This document shows, piece after piece, positions 17,937-27,573 of a stretch of DNA of 64,000 nt. Positions within the stretch are counted from its first letter, which is position 1, and every line of letters begins with the position of its first letter. The notes under the pieces were generated by a model. That model had not been told where the DNA came from. It saw only the letters and a program-made list of their open reading frames with translations, and did no database searches. Both the position numbers and the translations under genes were made by a program. The stretch is from an uncultured Bacilli bacterium (GTDB taxonomy: Bacteria; Bacillota_I; Bacilli_A; RF39; UBA660). The stretch covers positions 3,199-67,198 of the forward strand of contig CANQPA010000001.1 in the NCBI GenBank assembly GCA_947625635.1, read 5' to 3'.

Positions 17937-19454
17937 TTAATTATCATCTAAATAAGCTTTTATAGTATCTTCAAGTTCAGATATTCTAATTTCTTTATTT
18001 TCAAGCTCAAATTCAAGTTCATATATCTTTTCTTGCTTTTCTTCTAATTTATCATTTAACTCATCTATTCTATTTTGATAACTTAACTCTTCATTATATC
18101 TTTGATTTTGTAATTCTATAAAATTTCTACGATTTTCTTTTAACTTAGCTATATTTTCTTTAGATGTTTTGATATAAATTTTATATTTTGCATAATCAAT
18201 TATTTTTTTATCAATAAAATCTTTGATACCTTCTCTTAATTGTTCCATAAAATTTTCTTTTTCAAATACGTTAAAATAAATATTTTCACTTTCATTATAA
18301 ATTTTAAAAGTATAAAATTTTGAATGTTTACAAGTTATATCAATATTATTTGTATCACTTTCAACGAATTCTACATTGTGAAAGTCATCTATAAGTAAAT
18401 TGTCATTCATATCTAGTGTATAAGTATCATCAATATAATATTTAGAATTTAAATCACTAATGTAAGTAAAATCTTTAAATGCAACTAAAGTAAGTCCAAT
18501 ACCTACTCCAGCGAATATAATAGAACTTATAAATGATATAAATATTTTAGACTTGTTAATATTCTTATTAAATATAATTTTATACATCATATATAATATA
18601 GTTAAAGTTAAACAAATTGATGAGGCAAGTGCGATTAAACATCCTACAAAAAATAAACCTGATTTAATAATTACAAATGATAATATAAAAGTAATAACTT
18701 CAAGTACAAGTAAAAATAATAAGAAAAATGATGAGAATATTATAACTGCTTTAATTAAGAATAATAATATTTTAAATAAACCTTTTATGAATCCATATTC
18801 GGAATGTTTAGGATCTCTTATAATTATGGTCTCTGGCTTTTTTTCTAAATATACTTTTTCCATTTCTTTATCTTCTACATAATCTAATTCTTTATTTTTT
18901 ACTACTACGTAATAATCTAAATATCTGACTTTAAAAATATGAAAAAATATAACTGATCCAAATATTAAAGCAAATATTACATAAAAAGCTTCTAAAATAT
19001 TATATATAAAATAATATGCACCTATATAATCAAAGCCTCTAAATATTCTACTTACTATAAAACTAAGTACTGAACCAAAAATCAAAAACATTAAAATAAG
19101 TAAAACAATAATTATGATTTGTTCAAATATGCATTTTATTTTTGTTTTTAATTTCATACTTGAAAACATATTGAATGTTTTAGTTATAAATTCTAAAAAA
19201 TCATCTATAAATTTGTTTACTCGTGATTTTGATTCTTTAGTTTCTTTAACCTCACTTATATCTTTATTAAGTAATTCATCCATATTAAGATTAAACATTT
19301 TACATATCTGTATTACCTTATCCATCTCTGGATATGCAAGGCCTGATTCCCATTTAGATACTGATTGTCTTGATACTCCAAGTTTTTCTGCTAGTTGTTC
19401 CTGTGATAAGTTATTATCTTTTCTTATCTTTTTTAAATTATCTGCTAAGTTCAT
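17937..19454 (-). CDS. membrane-embedded XRE-family HTH regulator with a C-terminal coiled coil
   Basis: Start at the ATG at 19454 (AGGAGGAAGT SD). HTH LKKIRKDNNLSQEQLAEKLGVSRQSVSKWESG, about 6 hydrophobic helices, then a C-terminal heptad-rich segment (EKQEKIYELEFELENKEIRISELED). Confidence 0.7.
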   Translation of the reverse strand: MNLADNLKKIRKDNNLSQEQLAEKLGVSRQSVSKWESGLAYPEMDKVIQICKMFNLNMDELLNKDISEVKETKESKSRVNKFIDDFLEFITKTFNMFSSMKLKTKIKCIFEQIIIIVLLILMFLIFGSVLSFIVSRIFRGFDYIGAYYFIYNILEAFYVIFALIFGSVIFFHIFKVRYLDYYVVVKNKELDYVEDKEMEKVYLEKKPETIIIRDPKHSEYGFIKGLFKILLFLIKAVIIFSSFFLLFLLVLEVITFILSFVIIKSGLFFVGCLIALASSICLTLTILYMMYKIIFNKNINKSKIFISFISSIIFAGVGIGLTLVAFKDFTYISDLNSKYYIDDTYTLDMNDNLLIDDFHNVEFVESDTNNIDITCKHSKFYTFKIYNESENIYFNVFEKENFMEQLREGIKDFIDKKIIDYAKYKIYIKTSKENIAKLKENRRNFIELQNQRYNEELSYQNRIDELNDKLEEKQEKIYELEFELENKEIRISELEDTIKAYLDDN

Positions 19455-19592
19455 ACTTCCTCCTTTCTTAGCCAAATTATATTAAATATATAGGTTGCGT
19501 TCTACCAATTTTAAGTTGTTTTTTGTACAGTTTTAGTTGCAATTTAATTTTTTTACTATTATAACACATATCTATATAAAAATAATTAAAAA

Positions 19593-19623
19593 CAAAAAAA
19601 TTGTTATCACGTATGATACAATT
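19593..19623 (-). terminator. intrinsic terminator after the ferritin-like gene
   Basis: TTGTATCA/TGATAACAA hairpin followed by U8 on the minus strand. Confidence 0.6.
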
Positions 19624-19640
19624 TTCATTAATTATTAAAA

Positions 19641-20150
19641 TCAACAATTAAAGCCTATTTTATTAAGCAATCTTTTAAAACACTTTATATGCATTTCTTC
19701 ATCCTCTATGATTCTATATAAAGTTCTCCTTATATATTTATCGTTTATTACATTAATATCATATTGATATCTTGCAATAGTTTCTTCCTCTATTTTTATA
19801 TTGTTAAGTAACATATCAATTATATTAGTTGTATAATCTACAAAACTACTATTCCAATGTTTTATCATGCCATAGTTGTCACTAAATATAAATCTAGGTT
19901 CAATACCAAGTAATTTAATGGTTTCACCTAAAAGTTCTAAATGTTTCATCTCTACCATGGCTATTTCAGATAGAGTATCGCTAAATTCTCTATCTACGTT
20001 AAATTTTTCAAATTTCTGATACACATACTGCGTAATAGCAGAAAGTTCACTCACATCCCCACTATAATCTTCAAATAAGAGTTTTGCATATTCTATATTA
20101 GGTTTTTCTACTTCTACCTTAGGATAAGGTTTATCTACTTTACACTCCAT
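19641..20150 (-). CDS. ferritin-like (Mn-catalase / CotJC-like) family protein
   Basis: YPKVEVEKPNIEYAKLLFEDYSGDVSELSAITQYVYQ ... EMKHLELLGE ... IIEDEEMHIKCF resembles the di-metal four-helix-bundle ExxH pattern of CotJC/Mn-catalase relatives. Confidence 0.5.
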   Translation of the reverse strand: MECKVDKPYPKVEVEKPNIEYAKLLFEDYSGDVSELSAITQYVYQKFEKFNVDREFSDTLSEIAMVEMKHLELLGETIKLLGIEPRFIFSDNYGMIKHWNSSFVDYTTNIIDMLLNNIKIEEETIARYQYDINVINDKYIRRTLYRIIEDEEMHIKCFKRLLNKIGFNC

Positions 20151-20183
20151 AATATCACCTAATTAATATTATTCCAATATCTA

Positions 20184-20681
20184 TCATATATTATTTTTTT
20201 CTAAATCAAGTAATTTTTTCTTTATATCCAATCCATATGCATATCCAGTTAAATCGCCATTTGTTCCAATTACCCTATGACATGGAACTATTATAGCAAT
20301 TGGATTATGCCCTACGGCTCCGCCGATTGCTTGTGCACTCATTTTTTTATTTAATATTTTAGATACCCTATTTGCAAGATATAAATAGGTAGTAGTACCT
20401 CCATATGGTATATCTAATAGTAAATTCCATACTAACTTCCTAAAATTAGTTCCCACAAACTTTAATGGTAATTCTTTTATAGAAGGATTTTCTTTATTAA
20501 AATATCTGTCTAACCATTTACAAGTTTCATTTAAAATAGGAATATTATTTTTTAAAATTACATTTTTTGTTATGATATAGTCAAAATGTTTTTGTTCTTT
20601 AAAAAATAATTCTAAAATTGATTCACCATCACTAACTATTACAATCTCTCCAAATTTAGAGTTATAATTTGTATAATACAT
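20184..20681 (-). CDS. ogt: methylated-DNA--protein-cysteine methyltransferase
   Basis: Active site IIVPCHRVIG and the upstream helix-turn-wing region. Confidence 0.9.
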   Translation of the reverse strand: MYYTNYNSKFGEIVIVSDGESILELFFKEQKHFDYIITKNVILKNNIPILNETCKWLDRYFNKENPSIKELPLKFVGTNFRKLVWNLLLDIPYGGTTTYLYLANRVSKILNKKMSAQAIGGAVGHNPIAIIVPCHRVIGTNGDLTGYAYGLDIKKKLLDLEKNNI

Positions 20682-21010
20682 TAACCTATCCTATCTCCAT
20701 TAGATACTTGTTTTTCTGGAATAACTAATACTACTCCATTTTTACTATAGGTTCCAAGTACCAATACCTCTGAGATAAAATTTGCAATCTGCTTAGGTGG
20801 AAAATTAACAACTGCGAGTATTTGTTTTCCTATTAAGTCGTTGACATTATAAATATTTGTTATTTGAGCGGATGATCTTTTTATGCCTATTACGCTACCA
20901 AAATCAATTTCTAATTTATAAGCAGGCTTTTTTGCTTTATCGAATATTTTAGCACTTATAATAGTCCCTACTCTAATATCTAATTTTAAAAAATCTTCAA
21001 AATTTGCCAT
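20681..21010 (-). CDS. csaA: tRNA-binding OB-fold protein CsaA
   Basis: Near-colinear with B. subtilis CsaA as remembered (FEKLDIRxGTI...IDFG..IGIKxSSAQIT...AVVNFPP..IA.F.SEVLVLG). Confidence 0.9.
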   Translation of the reverse strand: MANFEDFLKLDIRVGTIISAKIFDKAKKPAYKLEIDFGSVIGIKRSSAQITNIYNVNDLIGKQILAVVNFPPKQIANFISEVLVLGTYSKNGVVLVIPEKQVSNGDRIG

Positions 21011-21033
21011 ATAATCACCATCCCTTTATTTTT

Positions 21034-21909
21034 TTACTTATTATCTATTTCAATAGGATTGACGTGTATAACTGTTAAATATATTTCATCTAATTTTTTA
21101 GCTATTTCTTTTTCTAGGTTATCAGCTATTTTATGGCTATCAAATGTGGATAAGTTACCATCTACGTATATAGTAAATGATATTTGATATCTATAACCTA
21201 CTGGAGTTGAATTAAAATGGGTAATTTTTTTTATCTCTTTATGTCCTTCTATTATTTCATAAACTCTTTTTTTTGTTTGTTCTGATATAGATGTATCCAT
21301 AAGTACATCATAACTTTCCTTAAATATTTTCATTGATGTTACTATCATCCAAAATGCAATTAATGAACCTATAACGCCATCAAAACAAGGCACCTTAAAA
21401 TAAGTAAGGATTGATGAAATAAGTGTGAAAAAAGTTATAAAGCAATCATTTCTATGATCTTTAGAATTAGCCTTAACAAGTAAGTTATTATACTTTTTAG
21501 CTAAATTATCAGTATATATAAACAGATTAAATTTAACTATTATAGTTATAATACAAACAACAACCAACCATATAGAAAAATGCAATGAAGCGTGATAAAA
21601 AATAGAATTGAATGCGTCTTTAAAAACAGATAACCCCATCAGTATCATAATTATACTTATTAACATAGAATAAATATATTCAGCCTTACCATGTCCTAAA
21701 TTATGATCATTATCAGATGGAATACTAGCAATTCTGTTACCTATAAACGTCATTAAACTAGCTATGATATCGCCAGCACTATTAAATGCATCAGCAATCA
21801 TAGCATGGCTACTAGTCATAAAACCTATTGTAGATTTTATTATAAGTAGAAATAGATTACCAATTATCCCGATTATACTCGCCATTTTAACCTGTTTAAA
21901 TCTTTCCAT
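21034..21909 (-). CDS. cation diffusion facilitator (CDF) family transporter
   Basis: Six TM helices with the SHAMIADAFNSAGD and HxxxD-type (KDHRNDCF) motifs and a C-terminal cytoplasmic domain. ATG at 21909 preferred over TTG at 21918. Confidence 0.8.
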   Translation of the reverse strand: MERFKQVKMASIIGIIGNLFLLIIKSTIGFMTSSHAMIADAFNSAGDIIASLMTFIGNRIASIPSDNDHNLGHGKAEYIYSMLISIIMILMGLSVFKDAFNSIFYHASLHFSIWLVVVCIITIIVKFNLFIYTDNLAKKYNNLLVKANSKDHRNDCFITFFTLISSILTYFKVPCFDGVIGSLIAFWMIVTSMKIFKESYDVLMDTSISEQTKKRVYEIIEGHKEIKKITHFNSTPVGYRYQISFTIYVDGNLSTFDSHKIADNLEKEIAKKLDEIYLTVIHVNPIEIDNK

Positions 21910-22007
21910 AAACACCAACCATCTAAAAAATGTTTTTTTATTTTCTAAAATAAATCATTAAAATTGTAACTTAAAAAATTTTTGATTTATATACTTATAT
22001 ATAGTCA

Positions 22008-22859
22008 TTACAAATTAATTAAAAATACTCCCAACAATATAAATACACTTGCAATTATCTTTTTTATCAAATTGTTTTTTTCATTTAAAAATAAAAATCC
22101 AAAAATTATACTTAGTATAACTGATAAACTAGAGATGGGAGCAACTACACTTGCATTTCCAAGATTATAGGATTTAATTTTAACTACCATCATAAGTGAA
22201 AAACAGATTCCCGTTATAAACAAGCTTAATTTATCTTGATATTGGTATTCTAAAATTATATCTTTTAACCTGACACGTTCTACCAAGAACATAATAATAA
22301 CTGGCACAAATATTATAAAAAATACATAAATTGCAATATTAAACTCATTAGAATAATTAACATCTATAATCATACCGATACTCATACATATATTAGCAAT
22401 TATTCCAAGCAATACATACTTATCTATTTTAAATGAGCCCTTCTTATAAAATATTAATATATTACTAAATATAATCAAAAACGCTCCTATTATTTTAGTA
22501 ATTATAAATGGTTCCTTAAAAAATAATATGCCAATTAATATCATAAAGACTGAAGGTAATTGTTTTATAATTATATATGTGGATGATTCGAGTCCACTTC
22601 TTGATACTGTGGAAAGTCTATTATGCAATGTATAAAAAATAATGGCAATAAAAATGAAAATGTATACACTTATATTTTTAGAAAATCTAAATTTGAATAA
22701 CGGTATTAACACTATACAAACAATTGATGCAATAAGTTCTAAAAGTATTGTTAAGGACACACTACTCTTCATATATTTAGTGCATATTTTATAATTTTGA
22801 TTAAACAATATAGTAAAAACAATATACAAAATAACATAAAATTTCCAATCACTAAGCAT
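22008..22859 (-). CDS. EamA/DMT-family permease
   Basis: 283 aa with about 10 TM helices in two similar halves. Confidence 0.6.
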   Translation of the reverse strand: MLSDWKFYVILYIVFTILFNQNYKICTKYMKSSVSLTILLELIASIVCIVLIPLFKFRFSKNISVYIFIFIAIIFYTLHNRLSTVSRSGLESSTYIIIKQLPSVFMILIGILFFKEPFIITKIIGAFLIIFSNILIFYKKGSFKIDKYVLLGIIANICMSIGMIIDVNYSNEFNIAIYVFFIIFVPVIIMFLVERVRLKDIILEYQYQDKLSLFITGICFSLMMVVKIKSYNLGNASVVAPISSLSVILSIIFGFLFLNEKNNLIKKIIASVFILLGVFLINL

Positions 22860-22998
22860 ATTACAACCACCTGTTATATTATATTAATTAGAAAAATATA
22901 GTTGATCTATATATTATTTTCAAACCTCCTAAATTAATATTTTTTACAAACCTATTAGATTGTTTAATTTGTTATGCACATTTTTTTAGAAAAATAAA

Positions 22999-23820
22999 TT
23001 AATTGTTATCATAATTATCTTTAAAACTTTTGTAAATACCATTTTCCTTTACGCCAAGTACACAGTTAAGGTTTACATTATCAAGAGCTTTAAAAATGTT
23101 ATTATCCACATTTTTGTTTATTTTTCTTAAGTTTTTAATTAGATTTTTCATTTCTATTCTTTTACTAACTTCCTCTTTATTTGAACATTCTTTGGTAAAC
23201 TTGCAAGCACAGTTTAAAAATTTTAAATTGTTAAAGTTTACCCAAGATAATATATCTTGCTCTTTTATTAGATAAAGCGGTCTAATAAGCTCTAAGCCTT
23301 CAAAATTAGTACTATGAAGTTTCGGCATCATAGTTTTAACTTCTGATCCATAAAACATAGAAAGAAGTGTTGTTTCTATTACATCGTCAAAATGATGTCC
23401 CAAAGCAATTTTGTTACACCCAAGCTCACAGGCTTTACTATAAAGGTAACCTCTCCTCATTCTAGCACATAAATAACAAGGATTATCTAAATTATATACT
23501 ATATTAAATATATCACTTTCAAACATTTCTATTTTAATATTTAATTTTTTAGCATTTTCAAGTATTAAATTTTTATTTTCTGCAGTATATCCTGGATTCA
23601 TAACTACATAATAAGCATCAAAAGGAATTTTTCCATGACGCTTTAATTCTTGAATACATTTAGCAAGTAAAAATGAATCCTTACCACCACTAATACATAC
23701 CATAATTTTATCATTTTCACAAATCAATTCATACTCTTTTATTGCTTTTATAAATTTTGCCCATATTTCTTTTCTATATTTTTTAATAATACTTCTTTCT
23801 ATATTTTTATATTCTTCCAT
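22999..23820 (-). CDS. ttcA: tRNA 2-thiocytidine synthetase TtcA-family PP-loop ATPase
   Basis: PP-loop CISGGKDS plus CYLCARMRRGYLY and CNKIALGHHFDD motifs. Start at the ATG at 23820 after a GGAGGATTT SD. Confidence 0.75.
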   Translation of the reverse strand: MEEYKNIERSIIKKYRKEIWAKFIKAIKEYELICENDKIMVCISGGKDSFLLAKCIQELKRHGKIPFDAYYVVMNPGYTAENKNLILENAKKLNIKIEMFESDIFNIVYNLDNPCYLCARMRRGYLYSKACELGCNKIALGHHFDDVIETTLLSMFYGSEVKTMMPKLHSTNFEGLELIRPLYLIKEQDILSWVNFNNLKFLNCACKFTKECSNKEEVSKRIEMKNLIKNLRKINKNVDNNIFKALDNVNLNCVLGVKENGIYKSFKDNYDNN

Positions 23821-23878
23821 AAATCCTCCAGGTAACAATATTATAACACACGACAAAATAAAAAGGAACAAAAGTTCC

Positions 23879-24538
23879 TTACTTTAATATTCTTTTAAAT
23901 TCATTATATGTTTCTTCAATCATTTCATCTGTTAATTTCATATAAGCATCGCTTTGGAGTTTGCTTACCCCAGTAGCTATTTTGACTCCCTCACCTTTTT
24001 CTACCTTTACGATATTAGGTGCGTATATCCTGGCCTCACCTGTTTTCAATGTTTCCCCATCATCAGTTAATTCATAATCCTTTAAAACATTTTTAAGTTT
24101 ATCTATTAATTTATAATATCCATCTGTCCCCTTTTTAGTAGTTTTTAACTTATCATCCTTTATTTCGATTACATCACGTATATCTTTAACATCTACGTAA
24201 TATACTTCATCTATATCTAGATCTTTTAAAACATCTATTAAAGTTGGTAAAACACTTCTACACCAAGGACAAGAATTGAACCCAAAATATACTATAAAAG
24301 ATTCTTTTTTATCCATCATATCAACTATATCTTCCGCTGTTTTATATACGAATGGATTGTCTTTTGCTATAGTTATATTTCTATATTTTTTACCACTATC
24401 ATTAACTTTATTATTTAATGATTCATACTCTTGCTTAAATTTAACACTATCAGTATTAATTTGATTTAGAGAAAGTATAACAAAAATTGAACTTAAAATT
24501 AAAACTATTGTTGGAATTATTACATATAATTTCTTCAT
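23879..24538 (-). CDS. membrane-anchored thioredoxin-fold protein (CPWC)
   Basis: N-terminal TM and FIVYFGFNSCPWCRSVLP (CxxC in a thioredoxin-like context). Confidence 0.6.
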   Translation of the reverse strand: MKKLYVIIPTIVLILSSIFVILSLNQINTDSVKFKQEYESLNNKVNDSGKKYRNITIAKDNPFVYKTAEDIVDMMDKKESFIVYFGFNSCPWCRSVLPTLIDVLKDLDIDEVYYVDVKDIRDVIEIKDDKLKTTKKGTDGYYKLIDKLKNVLKDYELTDDGETLKTGEARIYAPNIVKVEKGEGVKIATGVSKLQSDAYMKLTDEMIEETYNEFKRILK

Positions 24539-24620
24539 CTTCTACCTCCAGTTAAATCATATAATAAATCATGGGTAAAATCAATAAAATAATGGTTGAG
24601 TTTCTCAACTTATGGTTGAA

Positions 24621-25298
24621 TTAATTACAATCATCTAAAGTTAAAGGAATTTTATAGAATACATCTTTATTATCTATTGTTTTGGCTTCTATTTCTAGAT
24701 ATAATGAGTTTTCTAAATACATTTTACAAGATTTAGAAAAATGTTCAACATTAAAACTTACTTTTTTTAAGAATTGTTTAAGCGTTATTTCACCATTATA
24801 CGAAAAACTATCTATCTTTGTTTTAATATCTTTTTGATCTTCATATAAAGTACAGTTTATTTTTTTATATGTTGCATTATTGTTTTCTCCACAATATGTA
24901 ATATTTGATATATAAATAGATGTTTTGGAATTATTGTAGGCAATAGATCCAAAAAGATTAAAATCATCACAGGTCGTTGATAATGCCTTAAAACTAAAAT
25001 CATCAGATTTATAATTAAACATTACAATTAATGAAAGTACTAATAAACAAACTACTGAAATTAATATTACTAAAGTTTTATTAATTTTATTTTTTTTAAT
25101 TTCTAAAAGACTATTCATATCTATATTATAATCATTACATATCTGTTTTAATATTGATATATCTGGAATATTTTTACCATTTTCCCACTTACTTACTGCT
25201 TGATATGTAACTTTATATCTGTTTGCGAACTCTTGTTGCGTTAAACCATTTTTCTTTCTTATTTCTTTGATTAATTTACCAATATTTTCTTGATTCAT
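24621..25298 (-). CDS. single-pass membrane-tethered XRE-family HTH regulator
   Basis: HTH IRKKNGLTQQEFANRYKVTYQAVSKWENG, one TM (aa about 75-95) and a Cys-containing extracytoplasmic domain. Confidence 0.7.
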   Translation of the reverse strand: MNQENIGKLIKEIRKKNGLTQQEFANRYKVTYQAVSKWENGKNIPDISILKQICNDYNIDMNSLLEIKKNKINKTLVILISVVCLLVLSLIVMFNYKSDDFSFKALSTTCDDFNLFGSIAYNNSKTSIYISNITYCGENNNATYKKINCTLYEDQKDIKTKIDSFSYNGEITLKQFLKKVSFNVEHFSKSCKMYLENSLYLEIEAKTIDNKDVFYKIPLTLDDCN

Positions 25299-25382
25299 AA
25301 TACACCTTCTAATTTTATGTCGACATATTTTTTAGATATATAATCTTTATTATTAAATAATACTGTATTCTTTGATGGTTTC

Positions 25383-25411
25383 ATTATATTCCAAAAATAA
25401 TTAATTGTCAA
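25383..25411 (-). promoter_or_regulatory. consensus sigma-A promoter for the 24621-25298 regulator
   Basis: TTGACA (25411-25406), 17 nt, TATAAT (25388-25383). Confidence 0.55.
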
Positions 25412-25459
25412 TTAAATTATTTATAGGTATTTCTATAAACCAAGAAACCAATCATTAAA

Positions 25460-25491
25460 ATATAATAAAGGAGAGCTAATTTTAGCCCTCC
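25460..25491 (-). terminator. intrinsic terminator after the 551-aa/66-aa operon
   Basis: GGAGGGCTAA-AA-TTAGCTCTCC hairpin followed by a U-rich stretch on the minus strand. Confidence 0.55.
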
Positions 25492-25536
25492 ATCTTTAAT
25501 TTTTGATTTTGCCAAATCTATTGTATATTTAATGCA

Positions 25537-25737
25537 TTAATCTTTAAATATTTTCATCAATCTATCTTTAGCATCTGCTACTAGTAACCTTTGCTGATCC
25601 AAATAATCGCTTTCATTTAAAGTACCCTCTTCATAATTGGGATAATCATATGATATACCATCAATCATGTCTATAATCGCTAATAAACTTCGTATTTCTA
25701 AATTTAATTCATTTTTTTTAGACTCTATATCATTCAT
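25537..25737 (-). CDS. small acidic protein (66 aa), unknown function
   Basis: ATG overlaps the stop of the upstream gene (TAATG). Helical and acidic. No family recognised. Confidence 0.5.
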   Translation of the reverse strand: MNDIESKKNELNLEIRSLLAIIDMIDGISYDYPNYEEGTLNESDYLDQQRLLVADAKDRLMKIFKD

Positions 25738-27392
25738 TATATCTGTCTTCCTTTTTCTTCATCCATAGTATATTCAATTGGTATATCTATATCAGATATT
25801 CCATATTTTTTCGAGGCAAAATCTGAAAATTTCATCGCATAACTTTTATCTTTTAATGAAGCAAAATATTTTAAATATTCTTTATACACCGTGTGTGCTT
25901 GTTGTTCTCTCTTTTTTTCTATTTTTATTAAATCTTTAGCATATGGTGCTACTTTTTCTATATAATTAGAAAACGGAATTTTACCTAGCTCAGTTTTCTT
26001 TAATTTTTCTATTAAATATTTTTGATATAATGAACTTCTAACTATTTGAATATCCTCTGGTATTTCGATTTGTCCTATACTCTCAATTTCTACTTCCTTA
26101 TCAGCTTCATCGTATGATGGAGTATCTACTTCAGGTTTTGAATATTCATTTGTTTCTTCTGTTGATTGTATACCGGTTTTAAGTGTAGATTGTTGTAAAC
26201 CGTCAGCACTATATTTTTCTTGAACTTCTTTACTTGTTTTTTCTATATATTTATAATATTCAGGCTTATTTAATTCTGGATATTGTTTTAATATTTCATT
26301 CATCTCATATTTTATTTTAAAAATTCTTTTACTATCAATATTAGGATTTAACTCTTCTATCTCCTTGTACAAGGACCTTAACCTTTTTTCATTCATCATT
26401 ATATTTTCAATTCCTAAACTTTGATAATTTTTATCAGCTTTTTCTTGCAGTTTATATAAATCCGCTTCTTTTTTTTCTGCCAGTTCTTGTAAGCCTTGAT
26501 ACATTTCAGAATTAGATATATATGTACTTTTAAAGCTCTCTAAAACTTCTTTAATATACCATATATGTCTTGATAAAAAGAAAATATCTTTATATTGCTT
26601 TTCTAATTGTAAAAATTCACTTGATTTTTTTGAATTATAATTTTTATTGAAATATTCTAAATATTGGTATCTGCTATTTATTTCAGCTTCTTCACAAAAA
26701 ACAATACCTATTTCTAATTTATTACTATTAATCTTTTTTCGAGCTTCTTTTATTCTTTCAACATCAACGCCCAATCCACCTAAATGATGTCTATACTCAT
26801 CTTTTAATTCAATTGATAAATTAGAATACAAATTATCAATGTCATAACCAGTATCTGATAAATAAAAATCAATATCTGCAGATCCTTTAACGATTGTTTT
26901 AGCTTTTGACATTTTTAAAAGTGTTTTTTTCATAGAACTTTGTATTTTTAAAGATTTATCTCTTAATAATTCATTTGATTTAAAATATGATTTTTTATAA
27001 TGATTATTATATAAATCTATTACTTGTGATTCTTTACTAGAGTCATTATTAAGAACAGATATAAAATAATCAAGACTGCTATATAATAATGCTTCTTCAG
27101 TTATTTCCTCTAATTCATGCAATCCATCTTTCAATTGTTCAATTACGTCCCTTACTTCTATATATTGTCTTCTCTTTATTTTAAGTTCTTTTTCTACTTC
27201 ACTAATTCTTTTTTTTCTTTCTCTATCAGTTAATATTTTATTAGACTTGAATGAATAAATTCCATGATATTCGTCAATTCCAGATTCTAGATTATCTAAA
27301 CGTTTCTCTAATTTTATAACTTCGTCTTCATAATACTTAGTATTAAATCCAGTTATTATTTCTTTAGCGTTTCGTTTTTTTTCATAGTTCAT
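25737..27392 (-). CDS. large cytoplasmic coiled-coil-rich protein (551 aa), unknown function
   Basis: Strong SD (ATGGAGGTATAAA). No signal peptide or TM. Long heptad-like K/E-rich stretches. No family recognised. Confidence 0.6.
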   Translation of the reverse strand: MNYEKKRNAKEIITGFNTKYYEDEVIKLEKRLDNLESGIDEYHGIYSFKSNKILTDRERKKRISEVEKELKIKRRQYIEVRDVIEQLKDGLHELEEITEEALLYSSLDYFISVLNNDSSKESQVIDLYNNHYKKSYFKSNELLRDKSLKIQSSMKKTLLKMSKAKTIVKGSADIDFYLSDTGYDIDNLYSNLSIELKDEYRHHLGGLGVDVERIKEARKKINSNKLEIGIVFCEEAEINSRYQYLEYFNKNYNSKKSSEFLQLEKQYKDIFFLSRHIWYIKEVLESFKSTYISNSEMYQGLQELAEKKEADLYKLQEKADKNYQSLGIENIMMNEKRLRSLYKEIEELNPNIDSKRIFKIKYEMNEILKQYPELNKPEYYKYIEKTSKEVQEKYSADGLQQSTLKTGIQSTEETNEYSKPEVDTPSYDEADKEVEIESIGQIEIPEDIQIVRSSLYQKYLIEKLKKTELGKIPFSNYIEKVAPYAKDLIKIEKKREQQAHTVYKEYLKYFASLKDKSYAMKFSDFASKKYGISDIDIPIEYTMDEEKGRQI

Positions 27393-27515
27393 TTTATACC
27401 TCCATTAACTCACTATTTAAAAAGGAAAATACATAATTTAATTTTTCTTCAGTTTCTATCTCTATAAATTATATTTTATCATTATCTATAAAACCCTCCA
27501 TTTTATAACAATTTT

Positions 27516-27546
27516 ATTATATCATTACCCCCCCCCTACCTGTCAA
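27516..27546 (-). promoter_or_regulatory. promoter P2: TTGACA - 19 nt (contains G9) - TGA-TATAAT
   Basis: Minus strand reads TTGACA GGTA GGGGGGGGG TAATGA TATAAT. The C9 run on the plus strand is at 27528-27536. It lies about 120 nt upstream of the ATG at 27392. Confidence 0.65.
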
Positions 27547-27573
27547 GCTTTTTATAAAAAAAGAATAGATAAA

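Noticed and set aside
22860-22998. Possible leader peptide or riboswitch upstream of the EamA permease (AGGAGG followed by TTG AAA ATA ATA TAT AGA ... 11 codons).
   Set aside because: There is no recognisable conserved RNA fold or terminator/antiterminator pair. The short ORF has no informative composition.
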